A DNA stretch of 64,000 nucleotides from Escherichia phage EAWsc9. A program made the position numbers and the translations under genes. Shown here piece after piece: positions 44,372-54,049 of the stretch. Location: sequence record PQ341120.1, one strand, 5' to 3'. Under the pieces are notes generated by a model, which saw only the letters and a list, made by a program, of their open reading frames with translations, did not search any database and was not told the DNA's origin. Position 1 is the stretch's first letter; every line of letters starts with the position of its first letter.

Positions 44372-44666
44372 TTACGATTTCCCAAATTTGTTTGCGAGTA
44401 GTTTCCCACATCAACTTAATCAGGTCTTCCGTAACTGGTTGGCGGTAAATTCCACGCAGTTTAACTAAAGCATATTTGTATGCTTCAAAATTGTTTTCCA
44501 GCACTGCCCCTTGAGCATGCTTATTCAGTCGTGCAATTTCACGAGCATTCTTTTTCAGAATCTTTGCCGCTTGACTCTGTGCTTCGAGTGCGTTCGCTTC
44601 TTCGAGACGTTCCTGTGCTTCTTCAATCTGCTTATCGGTCAGTTGAGAAATATCTGGAGCTTGCAT
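44355..44666 (-). CDS. Hypothetical coiled-coil protein (103 aa)
   Basis: ORF. Confidence 0.5.
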   Translation of the reverse strand: MQAPDISQLTDKQIEEAQERLEEANALEAQSQAAKILKKNAREIARLNKHAQGAVLENNFEAYKYALVKLRGIYRQPVTEDLIKLMWETTRKQIWEIVNGISK

Positions 44667-44667
44667 A

Positions 44668-44901
44668 TTAATCCTTGGGAGTTAACTCAATTGTAAAATA
44701 TAGATTAGCATTATCCACATGATAACGGTAATCAACGTTATTATCCGGCGAAGTAAATTCCAGATTCCGGACGTTTAAAGGGTCGATATCAATTGGAAGA
44801 CCTTTTATGTCTCGCAGATAAAGTTTAATGAAATATGGGAGCGCAGTAAAGTCTTCCTCGATTTTATCTAAAAAATCGGTAATATCAAATTGATGTTCCA
44901 T
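44668..44901 (-). CDS. Hypothetical protein (77 aa)
   Basis: ATG at 44901; upstream part of track ORF starts with GTG. Confidence 0.45.
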   Translation of the reverse strand: MEHQFDITDFLDKIEEDFTALPYFIKLYLRDIKGLPIDIDPLNVRNLEFTSPDNNVDYRYHVDNANLYFTIELTPKD

Positions 44902-45442
44902 ATAAAAAATCCAAATCACCTTCTTTATCTTTGGCGCTCTTATCAGACCCTGGCGCTTTAACTAAAGAGGATTCGTACTGTGTCATTTTGTCATAGATGT
45001 CCTGGATAAATGTTTCATCAGCCAGAGCCACCATATCGTCGTCTCGTGAATCATACACGTTATGAACGAAGTAGCTATATTTCTTTGCCATTTCTTTACG
45101 TTCTTTTTTGATACGCTGAACGAAAGCATTGAAGCAAGCCATTGTTATGTAAGCATGTGGATTATCGTATTTTGTTTCGTCGAAGTTATGAAGACCTTTT
45201 ATTGCGGCCTCAATTCCGTCTGCAATCATTTCTTGCTTCCAGGATTGGGTATATCCGGAGAAGTTGAAACGTTTGCTAAGACCTTCGGCTATAAGCATAA
45301 TTGCCAGACCAATAACATCGTTCTGGCGAATAATTTTATTCGGGTCGGTGTTCGCATTCAGCTTCTGTTTCCACTCCGAAATAGCTTTCAGAAGCTCTTT
45401 ATTATTTACATAGTTATTCTTGGTTAATTTAATTTCGTTCAT
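44885..45442 (-). CDS. 55: Late sigma factor gp55
   Basis: 185 aa; NYVNNKELL...[35 protein letters not shown]...[12 protein letters not shown] matches T4 gp55 (185 aa). Confidence 0.92.
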   Translation of the reverse strand: MNEIKLTKNNYVNNKELLKAISEWKQKLNANTDPNKIIRQNDVIGLAIMLIAEGLSKRFNFSGYTQSWKQEMIADGIEAAIKGLHNFDETKYDNPHAYITMACFNAFVQRIKKERKEMAKKYSYFVHNVYDSRDDDMVALADETFIQDIYDKMTQYESSLVKAPGSDKSAKDKEGDLDFLYGTSI

Positions 45443-45465
45443 ATCGCCTCGCTTAGTATATGAAT

Positions 45466-45490
45466 ATTATATCATCCTTAATACAAAGCA
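45466..45490 (-). promoter_or_regulatory. MotA-box-like middle promoter upstream of 55
   Basis: Minus strand TGCTTTG, 12 nt, TATAAT. Confidence 0.4.
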
Positions 45491-45757
45491 TTAGCGAAGT
45501 AAACAGTAAGCCTGAAAGACCTTCTCCATAATTGCCTTAAATTCATGAATGTCAATATAAGGAATAACCTCGGCATCACTAATGAATTCCATCAGGCGGT
45601 CATGTTCGTTGCGGTATTGCCCTTCATTCAGCATACTGATATGGGACTCCCAAGAGCCATACCCTTCTGCGTGCGGGAAGAATGTTATTTTCATAAATTC
45701 ATCCACCCAAAACGTTCCCAGGTCCTGGACGGATATCATTGTATGATTGATGTGCAT
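45491..45757 (-). CDS. Hypothetical protein (88 aa)
   Basis: ORF. Confidence 0.5.
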   Translation of the reverse strand: MHINHTMISVQDLGTFWVDEFMKITFFPHAEGYGSWESHISMLNEGQYRNEHDRLMEFISDAEVIPYIDIHEFKAIMEKVFQAYCLLR

Positions 45758-46023
45758 CAGTACACCATCTGAGCAGCTTCTAAAACATCGTCAAGCTTAT
45801 CAAACTGGTCAACATAATCAATCCCACCTACTTCATCTTTGGCATACAACCAATACTGATGGAATTCATATTCAATAATAAAGTGGTCACCTTCAATCTG
45901 GAGAACACCAACATCATTAAATTGAACTGCATAACCCGCCAGACGTACATCATTCAGGAGTTCTTCTTTCATAGTAATCATTTCCAGGTTTTTCTCATAA
46001 TGAGAGAGTTTAATTTTAATCAT
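45757..46023 (-). CDS. Hypothetical protein (88 aa)
   Basis: ORF. Confidence 0.5.
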   Translation of the reverse strand: MIKIKLSHYEKNLEMITMKEELLNDVRLAGYAVQFNDVGVLQIEGDHFIIEYEFHQYWLYAKDEVGGIDYVDQFDKLDDVLEAAQMVY

Positions 46024-46264
46024 TTAAGTAGTCCAGGAATTCGTCTAATGTCATGCCTTCCGCCCAAGCTATTTTAGGGTCAGGCATTTTCATATAAGTG
46101 GTCTTAGAGCTTATAGGAAGTATCCTGAAATCATAATGACTTCCACGTAGCCTCTTAGCCTCTTTTATAATAGTTTCACTATTAACCATCATAGATGTAC
46201 GTTGGAAACCAGATAAAGCTTTAAGGACGATTATGACTGATACACCTTCTGGTAAATTATTCAT
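46016..46264 (-). CDS. Hypothetical protein (82 aa)
   Basis: ORF. Confidence 0.5.
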   Translation of the reverse strand: MNNLPEGVSVIIVLKALSGFQRTSMMVNSETIIKEAKRLRGSHYDFRILPISSKTTYMKMPDPKIAWAEGMTLDEFLDYLND

Positions 46265-46587
46265 TTCGCACCCTTAACAATTTTCAGGTCAACAAAACCT
46301 TTCTTGCGCTGGGACTTCATACGCTTGATAGCTTTATCAGAAACTTCTTTGTTTTCGCGCAGAAGCGGCAGACCAAACGCTACTACATCAAATTCGTTCA
46401 GGATATACTGGACAAGGCTTTCACGAATACGCGCTTTACCCATTGTCTGACCTTCTGCAATAATCAGTTTCTGTACATCGCCTTCCCACTGGTCCAGAAT
46501 CTCAGGGGTAACAAAACCAGATTTCATCAGAGTGTTAACTTTAGCAAATGCGAAATTAGCGATGATGTTAGTGATAGATGCAGTCAT
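46261..46587 (-). CDS. Hypothetical protein (108 aa)
   Basis: SD GAGGAA; promoter-like stem-loop upstream. Confidence 0.5.
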   Translation of the reverse strand: MTASITNIIANFAFAKVNTLMKSGFVTPEILDQWEGDVQKLIIAEGQTMGKARIRESLVQYILNEFDVVAFGLPLLRENKEVSDKAIKRMKSQRKKGFVDLKIVKGAK

Positions 46588-46659
46588 GATATATTCCTCA
46601 GTCTCATTAAATTAAAATTTTATTATCCTGGGGCCATTATACCATGACCCCGTTGATTT

Positions 46660-46857
46660 TTATTGCGCTTTAGCCGCTTTCCAGCCTTCATACATCATTG
46701 CGGCTGATATCAATATTGCTCCTGAGCAACTTGAATATTTGTGATTCCAAAACCAGTTCAGAAAAACTTCGTCATCAATACCTTGAGCTATCATATTTTC
46801 AAAGAACTGACGACGAGATTCAGCAATTCGCTGTGATAATTTAGATTCAGGATTCAT
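46660..46857 (-). CDS. Hypothetical protein (65 aa)
   Basis: ORF. Confidence 0.45.
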   Translation of the reverse strand: MNPESKLSQRIAESRRQFFENMIAQGIDDEVFLNWFWNHKYSSCSGAILISAAMMYEGWKAAKAQ

Positions 46858-46989
46858 TTAAATTTTCCAGTTACCGTTTTCATCAATAAATTTAATCCAG
46901 TCATTTACTGACCACTTAGTTGTATCGCCTTTTGGAGCAGAATTTAAAGCGTATAATCCTTGTTTAAAAAGCATTCGTTTGATATTCAT
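46858..46989 (-). CDS. Hypothetical protein (43 aa)
   Basis: Internal ATG with SD GAGGA; track ORF upstream part overlaps neighbour. Confidence 0.35.
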   Translation of the reverse strand: MNIKRMLFKQGLYALNSAPKGDTTKWSVNDWIKFIDENGNWKI

Positions 46990-46996
46990 GTTTTCC

Positions 46997-47290
46997 TCAG
47001 CTGTAACGATAGCACTCGTTTGATTTACGTTTTGCAACAAGATGAGAAGTATTATAATCCAAATCATCCTCAACGTATACATCTTTTTTCAACTGACGAA
47101 CTTCTTTACGAAGCTGGCGATTCATTTCATTCTTAACTTCAGAATCAACACCACGCATACGCTTCCATTTGTCTGAACGGAAGATATTTTCTTCAACTTG
47201 TTCCTGACTTACACCATCAGGTGCCTGACGGCGTCCTGAATAATAAAAATCTTTTACAGACAATTCTTTGCGACGAATAGTTTTACCCAT
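46997..47290 (-). CDS. Hypothetical basic protein (97 aa)
   Basis: ORF. Confidence 0.5.
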   Translation of the reverse strand: MGKTIRRKELSVKDFYYSGRRQAPDGVSQEQVEENIFRSDKWKRMRGVDSEVKNEMNRQLRKEVRQLKKDVYVEDDLDYNTSHLVAKRKSNECYRYS

Positions 47291-47292
47291 AG

Positions 47293-47547
47293 TTACCTCA
47301 GCAGTTTGTATCCAATAAGATTTTTAATGTACTGGATATCTTTGACATCCAAATCCAACTTAAGGTCTTTCAGACGGTCACCCAGGGTCAAAAAGGTTAC
47401 ATGTTTCCAATTCTTCACTGGGCAACAATAAGTCTTAGAACCATTTGCAATTTCAATATTCTTATCAGTGACGGTGATAAAAATCAGGCGCTCATCATCA
47501 AGATTAAGGGTGGCGACATTTTTCATTGAATGTAATTTCAGGCTCAT
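47293..47547 (-). CDS. Hypothetical protein (84 aa)
   Basis: ORF. Confidence 0.5.
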   Translation of the reverse strand: MSLKLHSMKNVATLNLDDERLIFITVTDKNIEIANGSKTYCCPVKNWKHVTFLTLGDRLKDLKLDLDVKDIQYIKNLIGYKLLR

Positions 47548-47720
47548 AATTTAATTTCCTTAGCTACTGAACAAAATACACCACGGTCACAAATCATTTT
47601 AATATTAAGGTCAATTATGGTATACCACACATCCAGACTAGATATTTCAGTTACTAGAACAGCTTTGCCGTTGATTGAATAATACTGGTTGACTTTAATT
47701 TCTTTATCTTGGATAGTCAT
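47544..47720 (-). CDS. Hypothetical protein (58 aa)
   Basis: SD GAGGAAAA; ATGA overlap with downstream gene. Confidence 0.4.
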   Translation of the reverse strand: MTIQDKEIKVNQYYSINGKAVLVTEISSLDVWYTIIDLNIKMICDRGVFCSVAKEIKL

Positions 47721-47786
47721 TATGTTTTCCTCATCATTAGTTGATGGGATAATGATACACCGTTCAAAGGGGCTTGTACACCCCTT

Positions 47787-48104
47787 TTAATCTTCAATTA
47801 AGTCCTGGTCATACCCCAGGGATATCAGTTTTGTTTTAAAGGCAGGAATATTGGTCATTTTTTCATCATTGACAAAAATCACCGGGTAACGAATGTTAAG
47901 GGTAGGATATCCAGCACGCTTAGCCAGAGACACGATTAAAGGCCTGTCATAAGCGATTTCAGAGCCTTGTTTGTTAAGGACTGAATAGAATGTATAAGGA
48001 AGGTTTAAGGAGCCCAGAAGGCTCCTGACGTGCATACAACCAGGGCATCGACCGACTTCTTCGGGGATACCATAGATTTCAATCTTAGTCGAGTTTTGGC
48101 CCAC
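47787..48104 (-). CDS. nrdH: Glutaredoxin-like redoxin (NrdH position)
   Basis: 105 aa; CPGC redox motif in thioredoxin-fold context; upstream of nrdG/nrdD. Confidence 0.6.
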   Translation of the reverse strand: MGQNSTKIEIYGIPEEVGRCPGCMHVRSLLGSLNLPYTFYSVLNKQGSEIAYDRPLIVSLAKRAGYPTLNIRYPVIFVNDEKMTNIPAFKTKLISLGYDQDLIED

Positions 48105-48384
48105 AGGAAATCACTCCTTGGTAGTTCCAGGTTTTAATAACTTCTTCATCGCTGGTGGTTGCATACGGGACATAAACCTGAATAAGGAAACCTGTGTCAT
48201 CGAAAGAGAAATAAACCGTCGGTTTGATTCCATGAATCTCAGATAGAGCATAGATATCTTTAAGGTCTTCTTCTTTATCAGCAAAGAATTTCGGGTCCAG
48301 GTCACAGTCGTGGAAGTACCATTCATCACCGAACTTGTCCCACGCGGTCCAATTAGTAGCTACATATTCTTCAAAACGTTTCAT
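48085..48384 (-). CDS. Hypothetical protein (99 aa)
   Basis: ORF. Confidence 0.5.
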   Translation of the reverse strand: MKRFEEYVATNWTAWDKFGDEWYFHDCDLDPKFFADKEEDLKDIYALSEIHGIKPTVYFSFDDTGFLIQVYVPYATTSDEEVIKTWNYQGVISCGPKLD

Positions 48385-48596
48385 TCTTTCACCTTCATCA
48401 TTTTAGTAATAACACTATGGACAGCCTGGATTCGTTTGTCGAACTCAGACCCTTCGAGGCCCTTTTCAGTACTCAGGGCACCAATCATCACAAACAGCAA
48501 TCCAAATGGGATAACCAGGATTAAAAGGCACACAATAAACAGGACAAATGTAATATTGGCCAGGATATCAGAAACAGCATTACGAAATTTATTCAT
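48381..48596 (-). CDS. Small membrane protein (71 aa)
   Basis: ATG at 48596 with SD AAGGGTAA; hydrophobic core. Confidence 0.45.
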   Translation of the reverse strand: MNKFRNAVSDILANITFVLFIVCLLILVIPFGLLFVMIGALSTEKGLEGSEFDKRIQAVHSVITKMMKVKE

Positions 48597-48710
48597 ATTT
48601 ACCCTTAATTGATTAACCAAGCATTGATAAGCACTAAACTATACTGCGAATAAAATTCTGGACCAAAATGAAAAATCATATCATTTATAGTATCCATAAT
48701 ATAATTAAAT

Positions 48711-49181
48711 TTAATCATGTTTCCACACCCCATCGGTATTTGACCAAAGTCGCTGATTATCTGACCCTCGCCACAGTTTTTTGGTCGGAAGATTTTTCTC
48801 ATACTTCCCATCAATAATAACATCAACATATTTAAGCATTTCTAGTTGTTTAATATCTTCAAACTTATATCCTGTCCACATCCAAATGCTTTTATTTGGA
48901 TAAAGATTTTTAACAGTTTGAACCACAGAGTGAATAACATCTCGGTTATCAGGATAGAGAGGGTCTCCTCCAGTTATAGTTAATCCTTCTATATAATCAT
49001 TATTCAAACATTCAATTAATTGTTCTAGTGTTTCACCAGTGAATGGAACCCCATTTCTAGCATTCCATGTTGATTTATTATAACACCCTTCGCATTTATG
49101 CAAACAACCTGTGACGAAAAGAACGACCCTGCATCCAGGGCCATTAATAAAATCACAAGGATAAATTCTATCATAATTCAT
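48711..49181 (-). CDS. nrdG: Anaerobic ribonucleotide reductase activating protein NrdG (radical SAM)
   Basis: 156 aa; CxxxCxxC-type cluster region GCLHKCEGCYN. Confidence 0.9.
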   Translation of the reverse strand: MNYDRIYPCDFINGPGCRVVLFVTGCLHKCEGCYNKSTWNARNGVPFTGETLEQLIECLNNDYIEGLTITGGDPLYPDNRDVIHSVVQTVKNLYPNKSIWMWTGYKFEDIKQLEMLKYVDVIIDGKYEKNLPTKKLWRGSDNQRLWSNTDGVWKHD

Positions 49182-50995
49182 TGGTGTTTAACCCTATGCA
49201 TGATTTCTTTATTTTTGCCGAGATTAAATCCGCGCTCGTTCGGATTTCCCAAATAACCACAAGTTCTTCTTATTGTGTTCATCTTTTTAGGGTCAGTTTC
49301 TCCACAAATAGAACAAACAAATCCGTTTTCAGTAGGAGTCATTTCATGGGTACTTCCACACGTAAAACATTTATCTACTGGCATGTTAACACCAAAATAA
49401 TCTAAATGTTGCGCAGCATAATCCCATACAGCCTCAAGACCTTTTAAGTTATTTTTCATATCAGGAAGTTCAACATAAGAAATGTGACCACCTGTCGCAA
49501 TGAAATGATATGGAGCTTCGCGGGAAATCTTTTCAAACGGGGTGATATTTTCTTCTACTGAAACATGGAAACTATTAGTGTACCAGCCTTTATCAGTAAC
49601 ATCCTTTACACTTCCATATTTTTCAGTATCAAGTTTACAGAAGCGATAACAAAGGTTTTCAGCAGGTGTAGAATACAAGCTAAAAGCAAAACCGGTTCTT
49701 TCAGTCCACTGCTTAAGACGAGCATTCATTTTAGTCAAAATTTCCTGTCCAATATCACGACCGACAAGAATATTCAATTCGTGAATACCAATGTATCCCA
49801 AAGACACTGAACTTCTACCGTTTTTAAATAACTCAATTATATCATCATCAGGTTTAAGACGAACCCCGAATGCACCTTCTTGGTAAAGAATAGGAGCAAC
49901 AGTCGCTTTAACTCCTTTTAAGGAATTAATTCTACACATCAAAGCTTCAAAACACAAATCCATTCGCTCATTGAACAATTCGATAAATTTCTGTTCATTG
50001 AACTGTGTTCCAATATAAGAATCTAACGCAATGCGAGGAAGATTCAGTGTTACAACGCCAAGATTATTACGTCCATCAAGAATTTCATTGCCAGTCGAAT
50101 CTTTCCATAAGCTCAAGAAACTACGGCAACCCATTGGAGAAACAGGAATAGATGAACCAGTGATAGCTTTATTATTCTTAACTGAAATAATATCAGGATA
50201 CATCCTTTTGCTTGCACACTCTAGAGCAAGCTGCTTAATATCATAGTTCGGGTCGTCTTTATAAAGATTAACACCTTCTTCAACGAACATAACAAGTTTA
50301 GGGAAAATAGGAGTTATCCCATCACGGCCAAGACCTTTGATACGATTTTTCAGAATTGCTTTCTGAATCATTCGTTCAGTCCAGTCAGTTCCCGTACCAA
50401 ATGTAATGGTTACAAAAGGCGTTTGTCCGTTTGAACTAAAGAGAGTATTTACTTCATATTCATAAGCTTGGAATGCATCGTATACGTCTTTTTCTGTTTT
50501 AGATTGGGCGTAATTCAATGCATCAGTGATTTGCCATTTTTCTGCATCTTCAATATGTTTTGCGTATGTACGTTTAACATAAGGAGAAAATACTTTGTCT
50601 ACATTAGCAAAAGTCGTTCCACCATATTGGTGAGAAGCAACCTGTGCAGTAATTTGTGCCATAATTGCAGTAGCAACACCAATTGATTTAGGAGTTTCAA
50701 TCTGTGCGTTACCAAGCTTAAATCCGTTCTCAAGCATTCCTTTTAAATCTACTAAACAGCAATTAGTAAATGGAAGAGCAGGGGAATAATCAATATCATG
50801 GAAATGAATAATTCCACTTTCATGTGCTTTCATAATAAAAGACGCAACCATATTTTTGGCAATGTGTTTAGATACAATACCAGCCATAAGGTCCCGTTGA
50901 GTTGGAAAAACACGAGAATCTTTATTAGCATTCTCGTTTAAAAGGTCTTTATTAGTTTTATGAATCAATCCTTCAATTTCGTTTTCAATTGTCAT
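49178..50995 (-). CDS. nrdD: Anaerobic ribonucleoside-triphosphate reductase NrdD
   Basis: 605 aa continuous ORF; C-terminal Zn ribbon CxxC...CxxC and glycyl-radical region TCGYLG; no intron interruption. Confidence 0.95.
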   Translation of the reverse strand: MTIENEIEGLIHKTNKDLLNENANKDSRVFPTQRDLMAGIVSKHIAKNMVASFIMKAHESGIIHFHDIDYSPALPFTNCCLVDLKGMLENGFKLGNAQIETPKSIGVATAIMAQITAQVASHQYGGTTFANVDKVFSPYVKRTYAKHIEDAEKWQITDALNYAQSKTEKDVYDAFQAYEYEVNTLFSSNGQTPFVTITFGTGTDWTERMIQKAILKNRIKGLGRDGITPIFPKLVMFVEEGVNLYKDDPNYDIKQLALECASKRMYPDIISVKNNKAITGSSIPVSPMGCRSFLSLWKDSTGNEILDGRNNLGVVTLNLPRIALDSYIGTQFNEQKFIELFNERMDLCFEALMCRINSLKGVKATVAPILYQEGAFGVRLKPDDDIIELFKNGRSSVSLGYIGIHELNILVGRDIGQEILTKMNARLKQWTERTGFAFSLYSTPAENLCYRFCKLDTEKYGSVKDVTDKGWYTNSFHVSVEENITPFEKISREAPYHFIATGGHISYVELPDMKNNLKGLEAVWDYAAQHLDYFGVNMPVDKCFTCGSTHEMTPTENGFVCSICGETDPKKMNTIRRTCGYLGNPNERGFNLGKNKEIMHRVKHQ

Positions 50996-51465
50996 TTTAA
51001 ACTCTTTCTAAGCTGCTTCTTAAATGAAGCCATTAATTGTGTTTTGGTGTCAGATTCATTATAAGTCATACCATTCAAAAGCATTTCCCGAATCATTTCT
51101 TCTTTCCCCAGACGACCGAACTCTTTGGCTTTGTCTGTTACAAAATTGGGGTGAATATTGTTTTCGGTATAATCAGATTTCAGATAGACAAGCAAACTCT
51201 CTAACCATTCCAGGTAGTCAACATCGCGACTTTTCAGACCCGAACGGCTGAACTTATGCTTCATTTGTCCTTCTGTCCCATTGCACAGATTGCATAGTAA
51301 CCCGCGAACCTTACCAGCTTTTGGCCCGTTCAATTCGTGGTCATGGTCAAGATGGTTGGCCTGAACATCGGAGTCCAAATCACGGTGGCAAATTGGACAC
51401 TTACCAGCTTGTGCATCATAAAGTTTTTGTTTTTCTTCTTTGTATAATTTGCCAGTCAACAACAT
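50992..51465 (-). CDS. 49: Endonuclease VII gp49 (Holliday junction resolvase)
   Basis: 157 aa; MLLTGKLYKEEKQK...CPICHR...HLDHDHELNGPKAGKVRGLLCNLCN near-identical pattern to T4 gp49. Confidence 0.93.
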   Translation of the reverse strand: MLLTGKLYKEEKQKLYDAQAGKCPICHRDLDSDVQANHLDHDHELNGPKAGKVRGLLCNLCNGTEGQMKHKFSRSGLKSRDVDYLEWLESLLVYLKSDYTENNIHPNFVTDKAKEFGRLGKEEMIREMLLNGMTYNESDTKTQLMASFKKQLRKSLK

Positions 51466-51500
51466 AATAAACCCTTACCATTATTAGATAAGGGTATTTA

Positions 51501-51677
51501 TTAAATCTTATAAAACGCGCGGTGTAACCGTTTAAATTGACGAATCATCTTTTTAGTAGGACGAGTATACAATCCCACACAGGTGGCCATAAACTGGTCG
51601 GTAGGACTTCCTTTAATAAGAAGTTTCCAGACCTTGTCACCATTTAACTTTTCAGTATAGACTAATGCAGTTTTCAT
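51501..51677 (-). CDS. Hypothetical protein (58 aa)
   Basis: TAATG coupling with upstream gene. Confidence 0.4.
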   Translation of the reverse strand: MKTALVYTEKLNGDKVWKLLIKGSPTDQFMATCVGLYTRPTKKMIRQFKRLHRAFYKI

Positions 51678-51949
51678 TAAACAATCCTAAAACAAGGATA
51701 ATGACATTCAACGTTACCATTATCAATTATCATATACTCAGTGATACAGGTCCATGACCCTTCAATTTCTATGGTATCAAAAAGGTATTCATCTGTTTCA
51801 ACAACGTCCCAAACATTACATTCAACATCAGGGTCAAAACGTTGTCTTAACGCATGGATAACATCACCATTTTTAAATCCTGCGTCTTGAAGCTCTTTCA
51901 TAAAACCTGATTGAGCAGCCGCATGAATATTAACAATTTCTAAAAACAT
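51677..51949 (-). CDS. Hypothetical protein (90 aa)
   Basis: ORF. Confidence 0.5.
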   Translation of the reverse strand: MFLEIVNIHAAAQSGFMKELQDAGFKNGDVIHALRQRFDPDVECNVWDVVETDEYLFDTIEIEGSWTCITEYMIIDNGNVECHYPCFRIV

Positions 51950-52122
51950 TAAAAGGCCTCATCAGCAAAGCGAAGTTGAGCTTCAAGCCAATGGATATAA
52001 TCCGCCGCGGCAAAAATTAAAGCAGATTCTTCATCAGGTAACTTACGGGAATCCGACAGTTCATAAAGTGATTTTTCAATCAGGCGGCCTTTATGACGGC
52101 CAATTTCAATTTTGGTACTCAT
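51949..52122 (-). CDS. Hypothetical protein (57 aa)
   Basis: SD GGAG; TAATG coupling. Confidence 0.4.
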   Translation of the reverse strand: MSTKIEIGRHKGRLIEKSLYELSDSRKLPDEESALIFAAADYIHWLEAQLRFADEAF

Positions 52123-52239
52123 ATCCAAACTCCATATCGATTAAATCATTGTTTGAAGGTTCATTATAATCTATTTCGGAATCGTTGTAAACAGGTTCCT
52201 CTGGCTCGACGGTTTCCCATCGAGCGGTATACCATGGTT

Positions 52240-52560
52240 TTATAGCGTAATCCATTCTCTGATAGTTTGGGTTACGACACGTTCTTGGAGCTTAACCAGT
52301 TCAACAGTCGGGACCATATGGTCCCAGTCGGTATGATAAGAACCGGTACGAGTTTCGTTTACAGCCACATGCACATTATGTTTTTTGCTGAAATAAATTG
52401 CCTGGCGATATTGGTATTTGCCGGTTTGTGTCCATTCGCCTAATTCAACCGGAACCAGGTAGTCCGAAAATTCAAACTCGTATGATTCAGTAAACGCATC
52501 ATGGTCTTCAATGATTTCGCTTAAAACAGCATCAACATCTAATTCATTTTCAATAGTCAT
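52240..52560 (-). CDS. Hypothetical acidic protein (106 aa)
   Basis: ORF. Confidence 0.5.
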   Translation of the reverse strand: MTIENELDVDAVLSEIIEDHDAFTESYEFEFSDYLVPVELGEWTQTGKYQYRQAIYFSKKHNVHVAVNETRTGSYHTDWDHMVPTVELVKLQERVVTQTIREWITL

Positions 52561-52865
52561 TGGTCACTCCAATAGCTTGATACTTCAAAATCAGGCTCGC
52601 CGTCGTCCCAGTACCAGGGACCCACCGGATGCCAATCGCCATGCTTATCTTCTTCATATTCTATAGATTCAAGCCCAACGTATTGCCATTGGACTTCATA
52701 AGCAGTGCCGCCGATTACAACAGTGTTCTCACCATACGGGTTAGCCACAGCAAAGTCAATACCTTCTTCCTTTGCCAGGGCGACCATGTATTCGTATAGT
52801 TTATATTCCAGGTCGTCTTCGTTGCCATCACCCAGATAAATTGTTTGTCCGTCTAATTCACTCAT
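52557..52865 (-). CDS. Hypothetical acidic protein (102 aa)
   Basis: ORF. Confidence 0.5.
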   Translation of the reverse strand: MSELDGQTIYLGDGNEDDLEYKLYEYMVALAKEEGIDFAVANPYGENTVVIGGTAYEVQWQYVGLESIEYEEDKHGDWHPVGPWYWDDGEPDFEVSSYWSDQ

Positions 52866-53050
52866 AATTCCACCATAAATTCAAATAACTGGTCGCGTAC
52901 ACAAGTATCAGTCCAACCCCATTCGTTGGCTTCTTCTTTTAACCAATCCGGGAGATTTGCCAATACGGTTTCTTTACTAGGCGCAGGAGTATCAAACTCT
53001 CTTGCAAACTCTCTTGCGCAGGTTTTATAGGCCATATCAAATTCGGTCAT
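52862..53050 (-). CDS. Hypothetical acidic protein (62 aa)
   Basis: ORF. Confidence 0.45.
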   Translation of the reverse strand: MTEFDMAYKTCAREFAREFDTPAPSKETVLANLPDWLKEEANEWGWTDTCVRDQLFEFMVEL

Positions 53051-53214
53051 TTAAAGTTCCAGAATGAAGCACCAACCAGAAATAAAGGCCAACAAATCAT
53101 AGACGTCAGCCACCAACAAAAGTCACCTGCACCGAAATCATCTAATTTAGCTAGGGTCTTAGCATAACCAATACCGATGATAAGATACAAAATACCCAAC
53201 AATAATTCAATCAT
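53047..53214 (-). CDS. Small membrane protein (55 aa)
   Basis: ATGA overlaps with nrdC stop and with next gene start. Confidence 0.4.
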   Translation of the reverse strand: MIELLLGILYLIIGIGYAKTLAKLDDFGAGDFCWWLTSMICWPLFLVGASFWNFK

Positions 53215-53474
53215 TTAAAATATTCTCGCAGTTCAGTGAATCCGCCAATATGACTTCCGTCAGGAGCAAATACTTGCGGCATGGTCAAACCAATTTGAGA
53301 TTCGCGACCAAGTGCAGCCAGGAGTTGGGCAATCTTCTCATCATCAAACACACCTTTTTCTGGCATAACGTTGATGAACTCGTAAGGTTGTTTTTTAACA
53401 TCCAAAAAACGTTTTGCATTATCGCAGAATACACAGCGATGAATAGATGAATCATAACCATATACTTTAAACAT
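53211..53474 (-). CDS. nrdC: Thioredoxin/glutaredoxin NrdC
   Basis: 87 aa; MFKVYGYD...CVFCDNAK...GLTMPQVFAPDGSHIGGF matches T4 NrdC (87 aa). Confidence 0.9.
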   Translation of the reverse strand: MFKVYGYDSSIHRCVFCDNAKRFLDVKKQPYEFINVMPEKGVFDDEKIAQLLAALGRESQIGLTMPQVFAPDGSHIGGFTELREYFK

Positions 53475-53475
53475 A

Positions 53476-53733
53476 TTATTCCTTAATTCCTAATACTTGT
53501 TTGAAGGTCTCAGTATAATCGGGGTATTGACCGGTTTGTTCTTTATGTTTGACCATAATACCATAAACTTCTGAACGCATATTATTATATGAACGAGTTA
53601 AAGCAGATTTCAATACTGAATAACTATCCGGAAGTTTACCGTGTTCTTTATAATAGGCCAGAGTTAATTCACGGACCGCCTTATCAGCAGTCTCAAGATA
53701 TTCTTTACGCTTTGCCATTTTCGTCTCGCTCAA
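53476..53733 (-). CDS. Hypothetical protein (85 aa)
   Basis: ORF. Confidence 0.5.
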   Translation of the reverse strand: MSETKMAKRKEYLETADKAVRELTLAYYKEHGKLPDSYSVLKSALTRSYNNMRSEVYGIMVKHKEQTGQYPDYTETFKQVLGIKE

Positions 53734-54049
53734 ATTTGTGTTTACAATGTCTGCATTTGTAACGAAGAGTACTAGTCTGCCAATGGACTAACTGGACCTG
53801 TTCAGTTCCGCATTCTGGACAGTTTGGAACACGTTTAGAAGCACGTTCACGCCGACGAACCATAGCCATTACCATATCCCAATCAGGAACCTGACTATAA
53901 TCATCACAGCCATGAATCTTTCCTAACTGCACAAGGTCAGCACCCTCAGCGTTTTCAATAAATTTTAAAAGACCTTTATTAACCCCCGCAGCGGGGGTCC
54001 ATTCTGGAAATGCAGTTTCTGCAATATCTTCAGCTAAACGTTGTTTCAT
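53705..54049 (-). CDS. Zinc-ribbon-containing hypothetical protein (114 aa)
   Basis: CPECG...CRHCKH. Confidence 0.5.
   Translation of the reverse strand: MKQRLAEDIAETAFPEWTPAAGVNKGLLKFIENAEGADLVQLGKIHGCDDYSQVPDWDMVMAMVRRRERASKRVPNCPECGTEQVQLVHWQTSTLRYKCRHCKHKFERDENGKA

Noticed and set aside
49178-50995. Group I intron in nrdD
   Set aside because: The reading frame is continuous over 605 codons with intact N- and C-terminal motifs; no interruption seen.
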